DNA of 64,000 bases from Polyangiaceae bacterium (GCA_050287085.1 JBNKBE010000008.1:8-64007); one strand, 5' to 3'. Shown: positions 28,857-39,478, numbered from the stretch's first letter. The notes: generated by a model from the letters alone, not told the origin. Numbers and translations are program-made.

Positions 28857-30791
28857 TCAGGGGGCTTTGGGACGCATCGTGTCGACGGCTGGGGGGGGAG
28901 CGGGTATCGCGCCGGCGCCGGTCGAGGGCAGGGGCCAGGCTTGGGTCGGGAGCGTGACACAAAACATGGCTCCTTTCTTCCCCCGGTCGACGACGCGAAC
29001 GGAGCCCTGATGCAGTTCGATCACGGAGCGTGCGAGCCGCAGCGCGAGCGCCAGCCCGCGGTGTTCCCGCTTGCCCTGGCCCATATTGGGACTGAGCATG
29101 GTCTCGAGCACCTCCGGCGTATGAGCGGGGTGGGGCACGTCGATGTCCACTCGCAGGCGATCTTCTCGTTCTCGCTCGGCCCGCAGCCACATACGCGTGT
29201 CCCGGTTGGTGCGGACGCTGTAGGCCAGCAGGGTGGCGGTTGCGCGGATCACCCGCGCTCGATCGACGATCAGGGGCGGGAGATGAGGCTCGAGCTCCGT
29301 GAAGATCTCCACCTGACGGCCCCCACTCAGCTGACGCGCCTTCGCCACCGTCATATCGAAGAACTCATTGAAGGGTAGCTCAACCGGCATGAGGGAGAGC
29401 TGTCCTTCCTCGGCCCGCGCCGCATCAAGAATTGTTTCGATGAGGGCCAGCAGCTCACGCGCCCGAGAGTCGATCGCCTCAAGGCTTTCGCGCTGGCCCG
29501 CAGACAGCGACTCCTCGGAGACCAGGTGGGTGAAGCCGAGAATGGAGTTTAATGGGCTCTTGAGGTCGTGACTGACGCTCGCGAAGAAGAGACCCCGTGT
29601 GCGGGTCGCGATGGCTCGCGCCGCGATGGCGTCTTCTTGCGCCTGGGAGAACACGACGAAGCGGTCCGCGAGGCGTTCTATCGCCTCGAAAAGCTCAGCC
29701 ACCGGGCGCAATCGCGCCCGACGGATCACGGTGGTACCCGTGGCTGCCAGCGCCGGATTAGCACCGAGAAAACGCACTCCGCGGGTGGCGTGATAAAGGT
29801 CGTTGTTCAGCAGATTGCCCAGGAAGAGACCCAGAACAGCCGCCGCGATCGCCGCCAGCACGCTCACCAGTGCGGGCGCCAGGTCGAGGGCACGCACATC
29901 GGACGGCGCGAAGCGGACATTGGCGCTGACTTCGTCGAGTGGGGTCGTAACGGAGACGATGCCACCTCGCGCGAGCAACGTGCCATAGCGCGCGACCGAC
30001 GACACGACCTGAGCGGAAAAGCCCAGCTCCTCAGCCCGTTCAATGGCGCGCTTGAGTCCTTCAGTGGTGCCGGGTCGGAGCTGCAGCGACGAACGCGACA
30101 GAATGCGGGCCGTCTCTTCCCGACTCTCGGTATCGGCGCGTCGGACATGGGCGCTGACAATGAGAGCAGACCCCAGAGCGACAAACATGACGGGTGTGGT
30201 GATCGCGAGCACGAGCTGCGTTTGCATTCGTCCGCGAATGCTCTTAGTGCGCTCTGCGTGGTGCACCATATCGCGTAGAATGCGCTGCGGAAGCTGCTCT
30301 AGCACTCGCAGGAAGCCGCGACGGATTAACACGTGTAGGGGAAGGGCTCCGGTTGCCAGGGTGAGTGCGCTCAACACTCCCGCTGTTGTTCCGAGGGCGG
30401 GGTCTAGCTCGGCCGGTTTGAGCCAAGGTCCCAGGGTCAACAGTGCCACGAGCTGGGGCGCAAGCCAGCACAGCGTAAGCCGACTAGGTTCACCAACGAA
30501 ACGCGCCAGGGCTCCGAGATCGGTCGCCTTGGCCGTGGATCCCATCGCCTGGTCCATGCCCAACGAGTTGAGCAGGAAGCGGTGACGGCGCACCCTTTGC
30601 CAGCACAATGCGAGGCCGAAAAAGGTACCCAGACCCAAGGTCATCGCCAATGCCCACTGCACTCCCGGCGCGACCGCGGCGTCCAGGCGCAGCAAGCGCG
30701 GAACGGCCCACGCGTTGCCCGCGCACAGCAGCAGATTACTCCCGAGCTGCCAGCGAATGCTTCTTAAGAAGAGTCGAGCACTGGGTGTCAT
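28857..30791 (-). CDS. Membrane histidine-kinase-like protein with intact H-box and degenerate ATPase domain
   Basis: SHDLKSPLN present; N, G1, F and G2 boxes altered; about 6 TM helices; ATGA overlap with the upstream kinase. Confidence 0.85.
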   Translation of the reverse strand: MTPSARLFLRSIRWQLGSNLLLCAGNAWAVPRLLRLDAAVAPGVQWALAMTLGLGTFFGLALCWQRVRRHRFLLNSLGMDQAMGSTAKATDLGALARFVGEPSRLTLCWLAPQLVALLTLGPWLKPAELDPALGTTAGVLSALTLATGALPLHVLIRRGFLRVLEQLPQRILRDMVHHAERTKSIRGRMQTQLVLAITTPVMFVALGSALIVSAHVRRADTESREETARILSRSSLQLRPGTTEGLKRAIERAEELGFSAQVVSSVARYGTLLARGGIVSVTTPLDEVSANVRFAPSDVRALDLAPALVSVLAAIAAAVLGLFLGNLLNNDLYHATRGVRFLGANPALAATGTTVIRRARLRPVAELFEAIERLADRFVVFSQAQEDAIAARAIATRTRGLFFASVSHDLKSPLNSILGFTHLVSEESLSAGQRESLEAIDSRARELLALIETILDAARAEEGQLSLMPVELPFNEFFDMTVAKARQLSGGRQVEIFTELEPHLPPLIVDRARVIRATATLLAYSVRTNRDTRMWLRAEREREDRLRVDIDVPHPAHTPEVLETMLSPNMGQGKREHRGLALALRLARSVIELHQGSVRVVDRGKKGAMFCVTLPTQAWPLPSTGAGAIPAPPPAVDTMRPKAP

Positions 30792-32317
30792 GAGACGTTG
30801 TCCACGGGCGTGGGTTCCACCTTTCGACGCGAACGGCGCTCTCCGGAAGGTTCACGTGGTAGCCAGATCGTGAAAGTGGCTCCGCGACCCAGTTCGCTTT
30901 CTACGTCGATATGGCCGCCATGCATGACCACTAGGCGCCGCGTAATGGCAAGTCCCAGGCCGGAGCCGGCCCCCCGCGCTGCGGTATCACCCGCTTGCGC
31001 ATAGTCGTTGAAGATGGACGACTGCTCCTGAGGTGCGATACCGGGGCCGGTATCCGCGACCGAGAGCGTCACCTGTTCACCGCGCTGTTGTGTCGTGATG
31101 CGGATTTCCCCCCGCTGGGTGAACTTCACGGCGTTGCCAACGAGGTTTCCCAGCATTTGCCGCACCCGGGTGGGGTCAGCCCAAACCAGTAGCGGGGTGC
31201 TGTCGAGCTGAAGGTGCAGTCCCTTGGCCGCGGCGGTCACTCTGTATTCCTTGCAGACGTCGGTGCAAACCGAGTGGATATCAAAGTGCTCGCGACTCAA
31301 TGTCAGCTCCCCGGATTCCAACGCCGAGAGGTCCAAGATGTCCTTGATCAGAGTCTTGAGGTGTTGGCCCGAGCGATGCACGACCTCCAGGTTCTCGCGT
31401 GCTTCTTGGCTCAGGGGTCCTTCTACCTCTGCAAGCAGGACGTCAGAAAACCCAAGGATGACGTTGAGGGGCGTCTTGAGTTCGTGGCTAAGGGCCGCAA
31501 GAAAGGCGCTTCGGTCGCGTTCGATGGCCGCGGCCAGTTTGAGGTCTTCCTTGTACCCATTCTCGGCGTCGGCGAAACGCTCTACCAACTCGTTGAATGC
31601 GCAGGTGAGCGAACCCAGCTGGTCCACGCTACGGACTAGGACCGGCGCGCCGAGGGGAGCGCCGGAGTCGGCGATGTCCACGATCCGTCTCTTGACGTAT
31701 TCGACATCCAGCTGCACGTCTTTTGCAAACGTGAAGGCCACTAGTGCCGCGGCTCCAAGCAGGATCACCGAGAAGGCACCAACCAATTGGACGAGGGACT
31801 CGGCGGCGACCGGTCGTCGGGGGGCCGGCGCGAAGACCAGCACACTCTGCGCGTCATTTGAGCCGGGCAAAGAAGCCGCGTGAAAGCGCGCGTGTCCGAC
31901 GCTCGTTTCCGTTTCTCCACTGCCCACTCGCAGCAGCTGGCGAATGCCCTCGGGGCTCGGCGGCTTGACCGCCCCGTCGCTCAAGATCTTGCCGGCGCGG
32001 TTGACCAGCAAGATCTCCGCCCGCGAGCGTACTGCGGCGCGCTCGATGAGCTGACGCTGTCCGCGGCGGCCAACCCCCGCGAGACGTTCGGCCAAGGTTC
32101 TGGCTAGGAGCTGGCTGCGGAGGGATGCCGCCTCGTCGCTCCGCACTTTGAGCTGAACGACGCCAATGGATGTGATCGCCAGCGTGGCCAGCAAGCCAAA
32201 GAAGAGAACGAGAGCAGGTACTGGGCCCAGAAACGGCACCCGGCCGACGCGAAAGAAGCGCAAGAGCTGCCCCGACAAGTGCGTCAGAACACCAGCGCGC
32301 GCCACTACTGCCCCCAA
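30788..32317 (-). CDS. HAMP-type sensor histidine kinase
   Basis: SHELKTPLN, NLVGNAVKFT, DTGPG, GSGLGL; two TM helices. Confidence 0.93.
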   Translation of the reverse strand: MGAVVARAGVLTHLSGQLLRFFRVGRVPFLGPVPALVLFFGLLATLAITSIGVVQLKVRSDEAASLRSQLLARTLAERLAGVGRRGQRQLIERAAVRSRAEILLVNRAGKILSDGAVKPPSPEGIRQLLRVGSGETETSVGHARFHAASLPGSNDAQSVLVFAPAPRRPVAAESLVQLVGAFSVILLGAAALVAFTFAKDVQLDVEYVKRRIVDIADSGAPLGAPVLVRSVDQLGSLTCAFNELVERFADAENGYKEDLKLAAAIERDRSAFLAALSHELKTPLNVILGFSDVLLAEVEGPLSQEARENLEVVHRSGQHLKTLIKDILDLSALESGELTLSREHFDIHSVCTDVCKEYRVTAAAKGLHLQLDSTPLLVWADPTRVRQMLGNLVGNAVKFTQRGEIRITTQQRGEQVTLSVADTGPGIAPQEQSSIFNDYAQAGDTAARGAGSGLGLAITRRLVVMHGGHIDVESELGRGATFTIWLPREPSGERRSRRKVEPTPVDNVS

Positions 32318-32967
32318 TCCGCCCGACCACCGCCCGCGTAGTCTCCGACCGCATGGTCACGGCTCAGCAAGGCGAATAGGCGATGGTCCACCCAGCGACC
32401 CCCGACGAACTCGGCCTCTCGGGCGGTGCCCTCGGGCTTGAATCCGAGGCGGGCGATCACGTTCAGACTACGTTGATTTTCCGTGGCGGCGGCGCAAGCG
32501 ATCCGATGAAATCCGACGTCCTCGAACCCGAATTGGAGACACGCTCGCGCTGAAAGCGTCATGAGACCTTGTCCGGTGGCGGACTCTACGAGCCAGTAGC
32601 CAAGACTGCAATGTCGGTGCAAGTGAACGCAGTTTTCTAGGCTCACTACGCCGAGCAGCGGCTCGGCAGGGCTTCTTCGTATGGCAAGGCGGAGCGCCCG
32701 CCCCTGATCCCAGTCGCGCGCGCACGACTCTGCAAAGCGCTGGCTCGAGCTTTCATCGACGTTGAACGCTATCCACGGCAGCCAGGGGCTCAGGGTCGCG
32801 CGAGAAGAATCGACCGCGCGCCACAGGGCTGGACCGTCCGCGGGCTCGACGGGTGTTAACACCAAAGCGCCGGCCTGAAGCGGGTGGCGGCGCATTTGAG
32901 CCCGCGAGGGAATTACCAAACCCGTACTGCTCGTACCTTTGGTGAGCGCTGATAGAAATCTCTTCAT
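32305..32967 (-). CDS. GNAT N-acetyltransferase (RimJ/RimL family)
   Basis: LSPWLPW, LGYWL...TGQGLMT, N.RS..V..RLGF..EG; ATGA overlap with the kinase stop. Confidence 0.9.
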   Translation of the reverse strand: MKRFLSALTKGTSSTGLVIPSRAQMRRHPLQAGALVLTPVEPADGPALWRAVDSSRATLSPWLPWIAFNVDESSSQRFAESCARDWDQGRALRLAIRRSPAEPLLGVVSLENCVHLHRHCSLGYWLVESATGQGLMTLSARACLQFGFEDVGFHRIACAAATENQRSLNVIARLGFKPEGTAREAEFVGGRWVDHRLFALLSRDHAVGDYAGGGRADWGQ

Positions 32968-35480
32968 TGGCACCGCACGCGGGCTACGAAAGGCTCTTCC
33001 GCCGCTGCCTCGTAACCACGCCAGGCAATATACCACTCTCCCCGCGCATCGGCCTTGATGAGCTGTGGATTGGGCTGCGAGAGTGTAGCGCTGACCTTGC
33101 CTACGACGCTTCTTCCGAGGGGGGTTCCCTCCTGGATGGGGGCCGCCAGCACGCGGTGGTCGGCAAACCAGCTCTCGAGCCATTGGCCTTCTCCAAAACC
33201 GATGGCCGGACGTGCCGCCTCGCCCTCCAGCTGTCGCCGCCACAAGACCTGTCCGGAGCTGTCGACGCCGGCCAGCCAGGCTGAGCGCGGGGCTTCATCC
33301 CAGACTATTAGACAGCGCTTCTCCCCGCAGGCGATCTGGCTCAGATCGTAGCTGCCGAGATCTTTGGTGAGGGCCAGCGCCTGTCCAAGGTAGCGATCGA
33401 ACTCCTCGTTGTTTGCCAGGGGCGGTGAAGTTGCGGCCTCGGGAGCCACGCCGGTTCCACGCTCCACGGCTTCCGGCGCGGCGCGGAGCAGCAAGATCTG
33501 CGCACGCCCGGCGCGGCGCAGGGTGAAGCTGATGTGCAGCAATCCGTCTTGATACGCGATGGAGGGCTCGGCCGCGTGCGTCTTGGCATTCCCCGCTGGC
33601 GTCGGGTAAGCCGTGATGGTCTTGGCATCGGATAGCGGCCGGAGCGATGGGCTGAGCTTGCGCAAGACTAAGTCGTGAACCCGCGTGCGCGTGGGCTCGA
33701 CCCACACGACCCAGACGTTGCCATCGGCGTCTTGCGTCCAGGCGGCGTCATAGGGATTCTTGTCGTGGGGTTGGCTCAGCAACTGGCGCGCGGACGTTGC
33801 GTGGCCCTCCGGGCTGAGCATGCGGACGAAGACGCCCGGTTCCGAACCCGCAATGTCCCAGAATAAGAGCCCCGCGCCGTCCGCCAGCGCGAGCAGTTGG
33901 GGGTCCCGTGCGTCGGTCGCCTCGGGCGTGATGTTGACAGGAGGGGATACACGGCGCAGGGCGTGGTCAAGACGGGTCGAGAATACCTGAGTGCTTCCCC
34001 CGGCGGTGTCCGAGTCAGCCCAAGCGACGAGCGTTGTGTTCCTCTGCGGCAGCAGCGCCGCTGCACTACTCGAAGAGTTGCGGCTGAACGGGCGCGGGTG
34101 ACCGACGGCGGCAAGCGAGCAGCGGCCGTTTCCTTCGGGGTCGAGGGCTGCGCTCACGTGATCGTGTAGGGATCGAACGGCTTTGCCGCGGCCTTTCTCA
34201 AACGCGCCTTGCAGGAGATTCAAAGCTCTTTCAGCTTGTCGATCCGACAGCAGGGCTTGCGCGCGGTTGACGTCAGCGGCGTCCGGACCCTGCTCTGCGG
34301 GGCTCAGACCTGAGGTCGCGAGCGTCGCAAATAGTCCAAAGCGCCAGCTGCCCGCCAGCACGAGCACCAAGCCGCATGCGGCCGCCGCCCACAACCAGGG
34401 GCGGGACAAGCGGGGCCGTTTGGCGGCTTGGGTCGCAGCCTCAAGCTCGGGCTTGGGTGCAGGCGACAGGTTCGGGGGGGGCTTGGGTGCAGGCGACAGC
34501 TTCTGAGGGGGACTCGCACCGGGAGGAGGGGGGAGCACCCCGCCCGGAAGAGTCGTAAATGGATTCGAAGCGGAGTCGTCCCGGTAGCGAGCCAAGTGTG
34601 GCGGAGTGGGCAATACGTGGCCCAAAGCGCCAAGAAACTCGTCCACGGACTGGAAGCGAGCCGTGGCATCACGGGCCAGCGCCCGGGCAAACCAGGCGTC
34701 GAAAGTCAGCGGCAGGTCGGGGCGGTACTTCCGAGCTGAGGGCAGCTCCGCGGTAGCGATCTGCGCCAAGATCATGGGCACGCCTTTGCCCACGTCCCAG
34801 ACCGTGCTGCCCGTCAGCATCTCGTACACGATACATCCGAGCGCCCACAGGTCTGCGCGGGCGTCGACGTTGGACTGCCCCGTCGCCTGCTCGGGGCTCA
34901 TATAGGCGGGGGTTCCAAACAAGGCCCCCTCTTTGGTGAGTCTGGCGTTGTCAGGATCGCGTGCGGGCTCGTAGAACTTGGCGAGACCAAAGTCGACGAT
35001 CTTGCACGTCGGCTCGCCCTCGTCGGTGGTGCAGAGGAAGATGTTCTCGGGTTTCAGATCGCGGTGTACGACACCTGCACGGTGCGCGCGGCTGAGTCCC
35101 TTTCCCACTTGCCACGCGATCCGAAAGACCTCCTCCTGGGGCAATTGCCGAGTGAGCGATAGGTGCTCGAAGAGGCTCTGACCCTGGAGCAGCTCCATCA
35201 CGATGAAGGGCCGCTCGCGGACCGTGCCCACGTCGTAGACTTCACAGATGTAGGGCGACGTCAGCTTGGCGGCCGCACGGGCCTCGCGGATGAAGCGCTC
35301 GTTGACGGTGCGCGAGTGCGTGAGCTCCTCCGCCAGGATCTTCACCGCGACACGCTTGCCGATGGTCACGTTCTCAGCGGCGTAGATGGTCGCCATGCCA
35401 CCGCGTCCGATCTCGCTTGTCAGGCGGTACTTGTCCCCGAGCAGGGTGCCAATGCTGGGGCCGGAAGGACTCTGAGACAT
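32964..35480 (-). CDS. Membrane Hanks-type Ser/Thr protein kinase with large extracytoplasmic domain
   Basis: GRGGMA, VAVK, HRDLKPEN, DFG, GTPAYMSPE, DLWALG; Pro linker and one TM helix. Confidence 0.95.
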   Translation of the reverse strand: MSQSPSGPSIGTLLGDKYRLTSEIGRGGMATIYAAENVTIGKRVAVKILAEELTHSRTVNERFIREARAAAKLTSPYICEVYDVGTVRERPFIVMELLQGQSLFEHLSLTRQLPQEEVFRIAWQVGKGLSRAHRAGVVHRDLKPENIFLCTTDEGEPTCKIVDFGLAKFYEPARDPDNARLTKEGALFGTPAYMSPEQATGQSNVDARADLWALGCIVYEMLTGSTVWDVGKGVPMILAQIATAELPSARKYRPDLPLTFDAWFARALARDATARFQSVDEFLGALGHVLPTPPHLARYRDDSASNPFTTLPGGVLPPPPGASPPQKLSPAPKPPPNLSPAPKPELEAATQAAKRPRLSRPWLWAAAACGLVLVLAGSWRFGLFATLATSGLSPAEQGPDAADVNRAQALLSDRQAERALNLLQGAFEKGRGKAVRSLHDHVSAALDPEGNGRCSLAAVGHPRPFSRNSSSSAAALLPQRNTTLVAWADSDTAGGSTQVFSTRLDHALRRVSPPVNITPEATDARDPQLLALADGAGLLFWDIAGSEPGVFVRMLSPEGHATSARQLLSQPHDKNPYDAAWTQDADGNVWVVWVEPTRTRVHDLVLRKLSPSLRPLSDAKTITAYPTPAGNAKTHAAEPSIAYQDGLLHISFTLRRAGRAQILLLRAAPEAVERGTGVAPEAATSPPLANNEEFDRYLGQALALTKDLGSYDLSQIACGEKRCLIVWDEAPRSAWLAGVDSSGQVLWRRQLEGEAARPAIGFGEGQWLESWFADHRVLAAPIQEGTPLGRSVVGKVSATLSQPNPQLIKADARGEWYIAWRGYEAAAEEPFVARVRCQ

Positions 35481-36158
35481 GCGAGAGGGGCGACGTTTGG
35501 CTCGGCCGCCTTGCGCGACGTGGCGACGGACCCTGACCACGGAACGAACGCCGCTAGGGATAACGCAAGAACCTGAACTGTAACCACTTTCGCCGGCGAA
35601 AGGGAGCGCTTCTTACGTGGATGCGGAATTTTGGGGCACTGGAGTCGGTCCCAGAGGCTGTTCTGGCGGCAGGGTGCCCGCTACGTCCGGCCCATGGCAC
35701 CGGGGGCGCTCCGCGTTCGCCCGCAGACCGGGCGCTCATACCGCGATGACGCGCCCTGCGCCGCCCGAGGCTTGGAATCCGGCGCACCCGCTGCCACGAT
35801 GCGGGTTTCGATGTGATTTCAGGTCCGCAGGGAAACAAACTCCGCGCCGCGGGCCTTGGGAAATATTTACGAAACCTTGTGAGCGCTAGGGAGAAGTACC
35901 TCAAAGCGCAAAGGATTCGAGGCATGGCATGGCAACTGGGTATCGGAAGTGCTGTGAGCAGCTTGACCCGCAACATCGCAAACCCGTGGATAGGACGCTT
36001 CTCGCGGGTTCCGACGTTGGGTCACGGCCGCTTGCTGCTGACTCCGGCCCGTGGCCCGTCCGAGGGCGGCGGTTTCGGTGTTAGTCCGATGTCGGCGCGG
36101 TTATCTTAGGTTTCGCGGTCGCCTGAACGTCCGGGTTACCGCCACAACAGGGAACTAG

Positions 36159-36500
<342 letters not shown>

Positions 36501-36679
36501 AACCCGTCTCTTCCCCGCGGCGGTGGGTGTTGCAGCGACGCCTGCTGCGCGGGGGCATTTCTGCATGGGCCCAACGCCGCGACGCGGCAGAGCGCCATTG
36601 GGCGATCATTGCTAGGGCTCGAGATCTCGCCGATGGGCGAATAAGTCGACATCCTGCGCGGCGAGCAGGCTGAATAGGA

Positions 36680-36712
36680 AAGAAGCCCCGAGCTCTCGGT
36701 TCGGGGCTTCTT
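36680..36712. terminator. Hairpin terminator between convergent P-II and metK
   Basis: AAGAAGCCCCGAGC-TCTCG-GTTCGGGGCTTCTT inverted repeat. Confidence 0.8.
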
Positions 36713-36728
36713 CGTCAGAACTTGCGTC

Positions 36729-37895
36729 TCAGAGCAGATCTGCGGCCATTTGTTCGGCCCGATCCGTTGCTTCCCAAGGGAATTCCGGGCGCCCGAAGTG
36801 ACCATAGGCGGCGGTGGCGCGGTAGATGGGACGCAGCAGGTCCAAGGTTTCGATGAGAGCTGAAGGCCGCATATCGAAGTTCTTCACGATATATGAGCTC
36901 AGCTTTGCCTCGTCGAGCACGCTTGTACCGAAGGTGTTGACGTAGACGCCCACCGGCTGCGCAACGCCAATGGCGTAGGCGACCTGCACTTCTGCTTTGG
37001 TGGCGAGCTTCGCCGCGACGATGTTCTTTGCGACATAGCGGGCGTAGTAGGCTGCTGAGCGATCCACTTTGGATGGGTCCTTGCCACTGAACGCGCCGCC
37101 GCCGTGGCGTCCAGCGCCGCCGTAGGTGTCTACGATGATCTTGCGTCCGGTCAACCCGGCGTCGCCACAGGGGCCGCCGATGACGAAACGCCCGGTAGGA
37201 TTGATGAAGATCTTCGTCTTCTTGTCGATCAACTTCGCCGGCACTGCCTTCTTGATGACAAGCTCCCGCACCGCCTCGTCCAGGTCCTTGTTCTTCACGT
37301 CAGGGCTATGCTGCGTTGAGACGACGATAGTTTCGACGCGTGTCGGCCTGCCGTTCTCGTAGGCCATGGTGACCTGGCTTTTTGCATCGGGACGCAAGAA
37401 GTCGATCTGATTGCGTCCCTTTCTGACCTTGGTCATCTGACGCATCAGCTGGTGTGCGTACATGATGGGGGCAGGCATCAGCTCGGGTGTCTCGTCGCAA
37501 GCGTAGCCGAACATCAGACCCTGATCGCCGGCGCCCTGCTCCTTGAATCGACCTTGGCCTGCGGTCACGCCTTGCGATATGTCAGGGCTCTGGGGCTCGA
37601 TGGCGGTCAGCACGCCACATGTGTCGGCATCGAAGCCCATGTCGCTGCTTGTGTAGCCAATATCTCGAACGGCCTTGCGCGCGACCTTCGCGAAGTCGAC
37701 TGTGGCGGTGGTTGTGATTTCGCCGCCCACCACCATGAAGCCCGTCTTGCAGAAGGTCTCGCACGCGACGCGGGCATAAGGATCCTGTTCCAGCAGCGCA
37801 TCGAGGATCGAATCCGAAACTGCATCACAGAGTTTGTCTGGATGTCCTTCGCCGACGGACTCCGACGTGAAGAGGTAACTTGAGCTCGCGACCAT
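36729..37895 (-). CDS. metK: S-adenosylmethionine synthetase (alternative in-frame TTG/GTG starts at 37916/37913)
   Basis: [42 protein letters not shown]. Confidence 0.97.
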   Translation of the reverse strand: MVASSSYLFTSESVGEGHPDKLCDAVSDSILDALLEQDPYARVACETFCKTGFMVVGGEITTTATVDFAKVARKAVRDIGYTSSDMGFDADTCGVLTAIEPQSPDISQGVTAGQGRFKEQGAGDQGLMFGYACDETPELMPAPIMYAHQLMRQMTKVRKGRNQIDFLRPDAKSQVTMAYENGRPTRVETIVVSTQHSPDVKNKDLDEAVRELVIKKAVPAKLIDKKTKIFINPTGRFVIGGPCGDAGLTGRKIIVDTYGGAGRHGGGAFSGKDPSKVDRSAAYYARYVAKNIVAAKLATKAEVQVAYAIGVAQPVGVYVNTFGTSVLDEAKLSSYIVKNFDMRPSALIETLDLLRPIYRATAAYGHFGRPEFPWEATDRAEQMAADLL

Positions 37896-38276
37896 CTGTT
37901 TCCTTCCGTTCACCAAATACCAACCCCTGACGAAGGACTACCGGCGAAGGCCCTTTGGCGTTCGGCATGCGGTATCCCTCCGGGTCGGTTCGTATTGCTA
38001 TTATTCTGGAGCACGCGTCCGAGCGACACGCGCAGGGCAGCGCGCCCTCGCTACGCTTGTCTCCGATGCCAAGACAGATTGCAAGGGGTCGTTTTTCGGT
38101 CAAAGCGAACGAGCGCGGCCGTGGACGACGACACTTCGCGGAGCTAGACGGTTCAAGGACGCCGCGTCGCGCTGCCCCCACAAAGGGCCCAGGCCACGCC
38201 GGAAGAGGGGGGCCCGCTGGGGCGCCGCAGTGCCGTCCGGCCGTCGCGTGGCAACTTCGGGCTGACGAAGACGCGC

Positions 38277-38304
38277 TTGACTCGCCGAACATCCTGCGTA
38301 TGCT
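38277..38304 (+). promoter_or_regulatory. Sigma70-type promoter of the tRNA gene
   Basis: TTGACT-16 nt-TATGCT ending 14 nt before the tRNA. Confidence 0.6.
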
Positions 38305-38318
38305 CCGCGAACTTTCAG

Positions 38319-38391
<73 letters not shown>

Positions 38392-39037
38392 CTAAGAAAA
38401 GCGCGCACTTGGGAGCTTTGGCAGCTGGGGTGGTGGCGCGGATGGGGTGACTGCCGAGCGGATGGAGCTGCCCCGACCGAGGGCTGTGGTCGCCGCCAGA
38501 AAGGCGCCGAGGCGCACCGTTGCCAGGGGACTTGCGCTACCCACCATGGGGACCGGCGGATAGCGACGGTTCCAGTGAGCTGGATTCAGAGTGACCATGT
38601 TTCCTGGAAACAGGGAATGAGCTAGCGAGGCGTATCCACGGCGGCCACCTAGGGCAAGCGTCGGGCGCGTGCGCTCGGGCGCGGCGCCCAGAGAAGTGCA
38701 CCGTTGCTGGGCGGCCCTCGTGGCCGAGAAGTCCACAACTACCCCCGCAAGTTGCAGAGGGAGCTAACGATCGGCGCAACAACCGCGACATATCAAAAAT
38801 GCGATAGTCGTGTGCTGCTATTGTTGGTCTGTTTGCGTCTCGCACCCGGGGGGTGCAGGGTGTGCCATCAGCGGCGCATGTATCACCAAAACGGGACCGC
38901 CTAACGGCTGAAGCTTGAAAAGCTTGAGTGCCAGGCCATACCATTTGCGTAGGTCAGTCTCGCCTCGGTCCCACGAGTCCTCGCTATTGCATCATGGCTG
39001 GACTTCAGCACGGATCTCGGGCGCAAGAACGGAAAAC

Positions 39038-39478
39038 ATGTTCGAGAGTCTTGGAAGCATCAGTGGGGTTATCGCTGCCGCTGCCTTCACGCACGATGGG
39101 CGTGTTTGTTCGCACCAGATCTTCGAGCGCGGCTCCGGACGAGGCCGGCAAGGAGCGCTCGACCCAGCGGGCTTCTGGTTTGCCTGCAGCTGTCTTGACC
39201 GCGCGGCGGAGCACTACCGGGCCGCGAATCGACCTACCGGGTTGTTTTACGTGGAGTTCAGCGCGGGCTACCTGGCGCGCAGTCGCGGGGGCGTCGGCTC
39301 GATCATCGCGACAGTGCAGCGGGACGTTCCAATCGCGTTGGTCCAGGTAGGTCTCAAAGTCGCATTATTTCGTTTGGAGCAGAGCTTGGACACCGACGAG
39401 GGGGTGGGGTCTGAGTCCTTAGAGCTTTACGAAGGTCCAGAAGCCCCCCCGCCATGGCAGAGAAACTTCGCTTCGTAA
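39038..39478 (+). CDS. Roadblock/LC7 (MglB/MglC)-like protein
   Basis: L..ISGVIAAAAFTHDGRV...FYVEF..G.L...IIATV...V.IALV pattern and size fit the roadblock fold. Confidence 0.55.
   Translation: MFESLGSISGVIAAAAFTHDGRVCSHQIFERGSGRGRQGALDPAGFWFACSCLDRAAEHYRAANRPTGLFYVEFSAGYLARSRGGVGSIIATVQRDVPIALVQVGLKVALFRLEQSLDTDEGVGSESLELYEGPEAPPPWQRNFAS

Noticed and set aside
34449..34500. 21-bp direct repeat in the kinase gene
   Set aside because: Simple duplication of LSPAPKP in a Pro linker; no sign of function.
35921..35940. Sigma54 promoter for P-II (and TGGCAC near 27278 for amt)
   Set aside because: No GC at the -12 position with correct spacing.
35977..36140. c-di-GMP-I riboswitch (GCAAACC...GGACGC, GGGTTACCG)
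   Set aside because: GAAA loop, AAAG junction and P2 spacing are missing.
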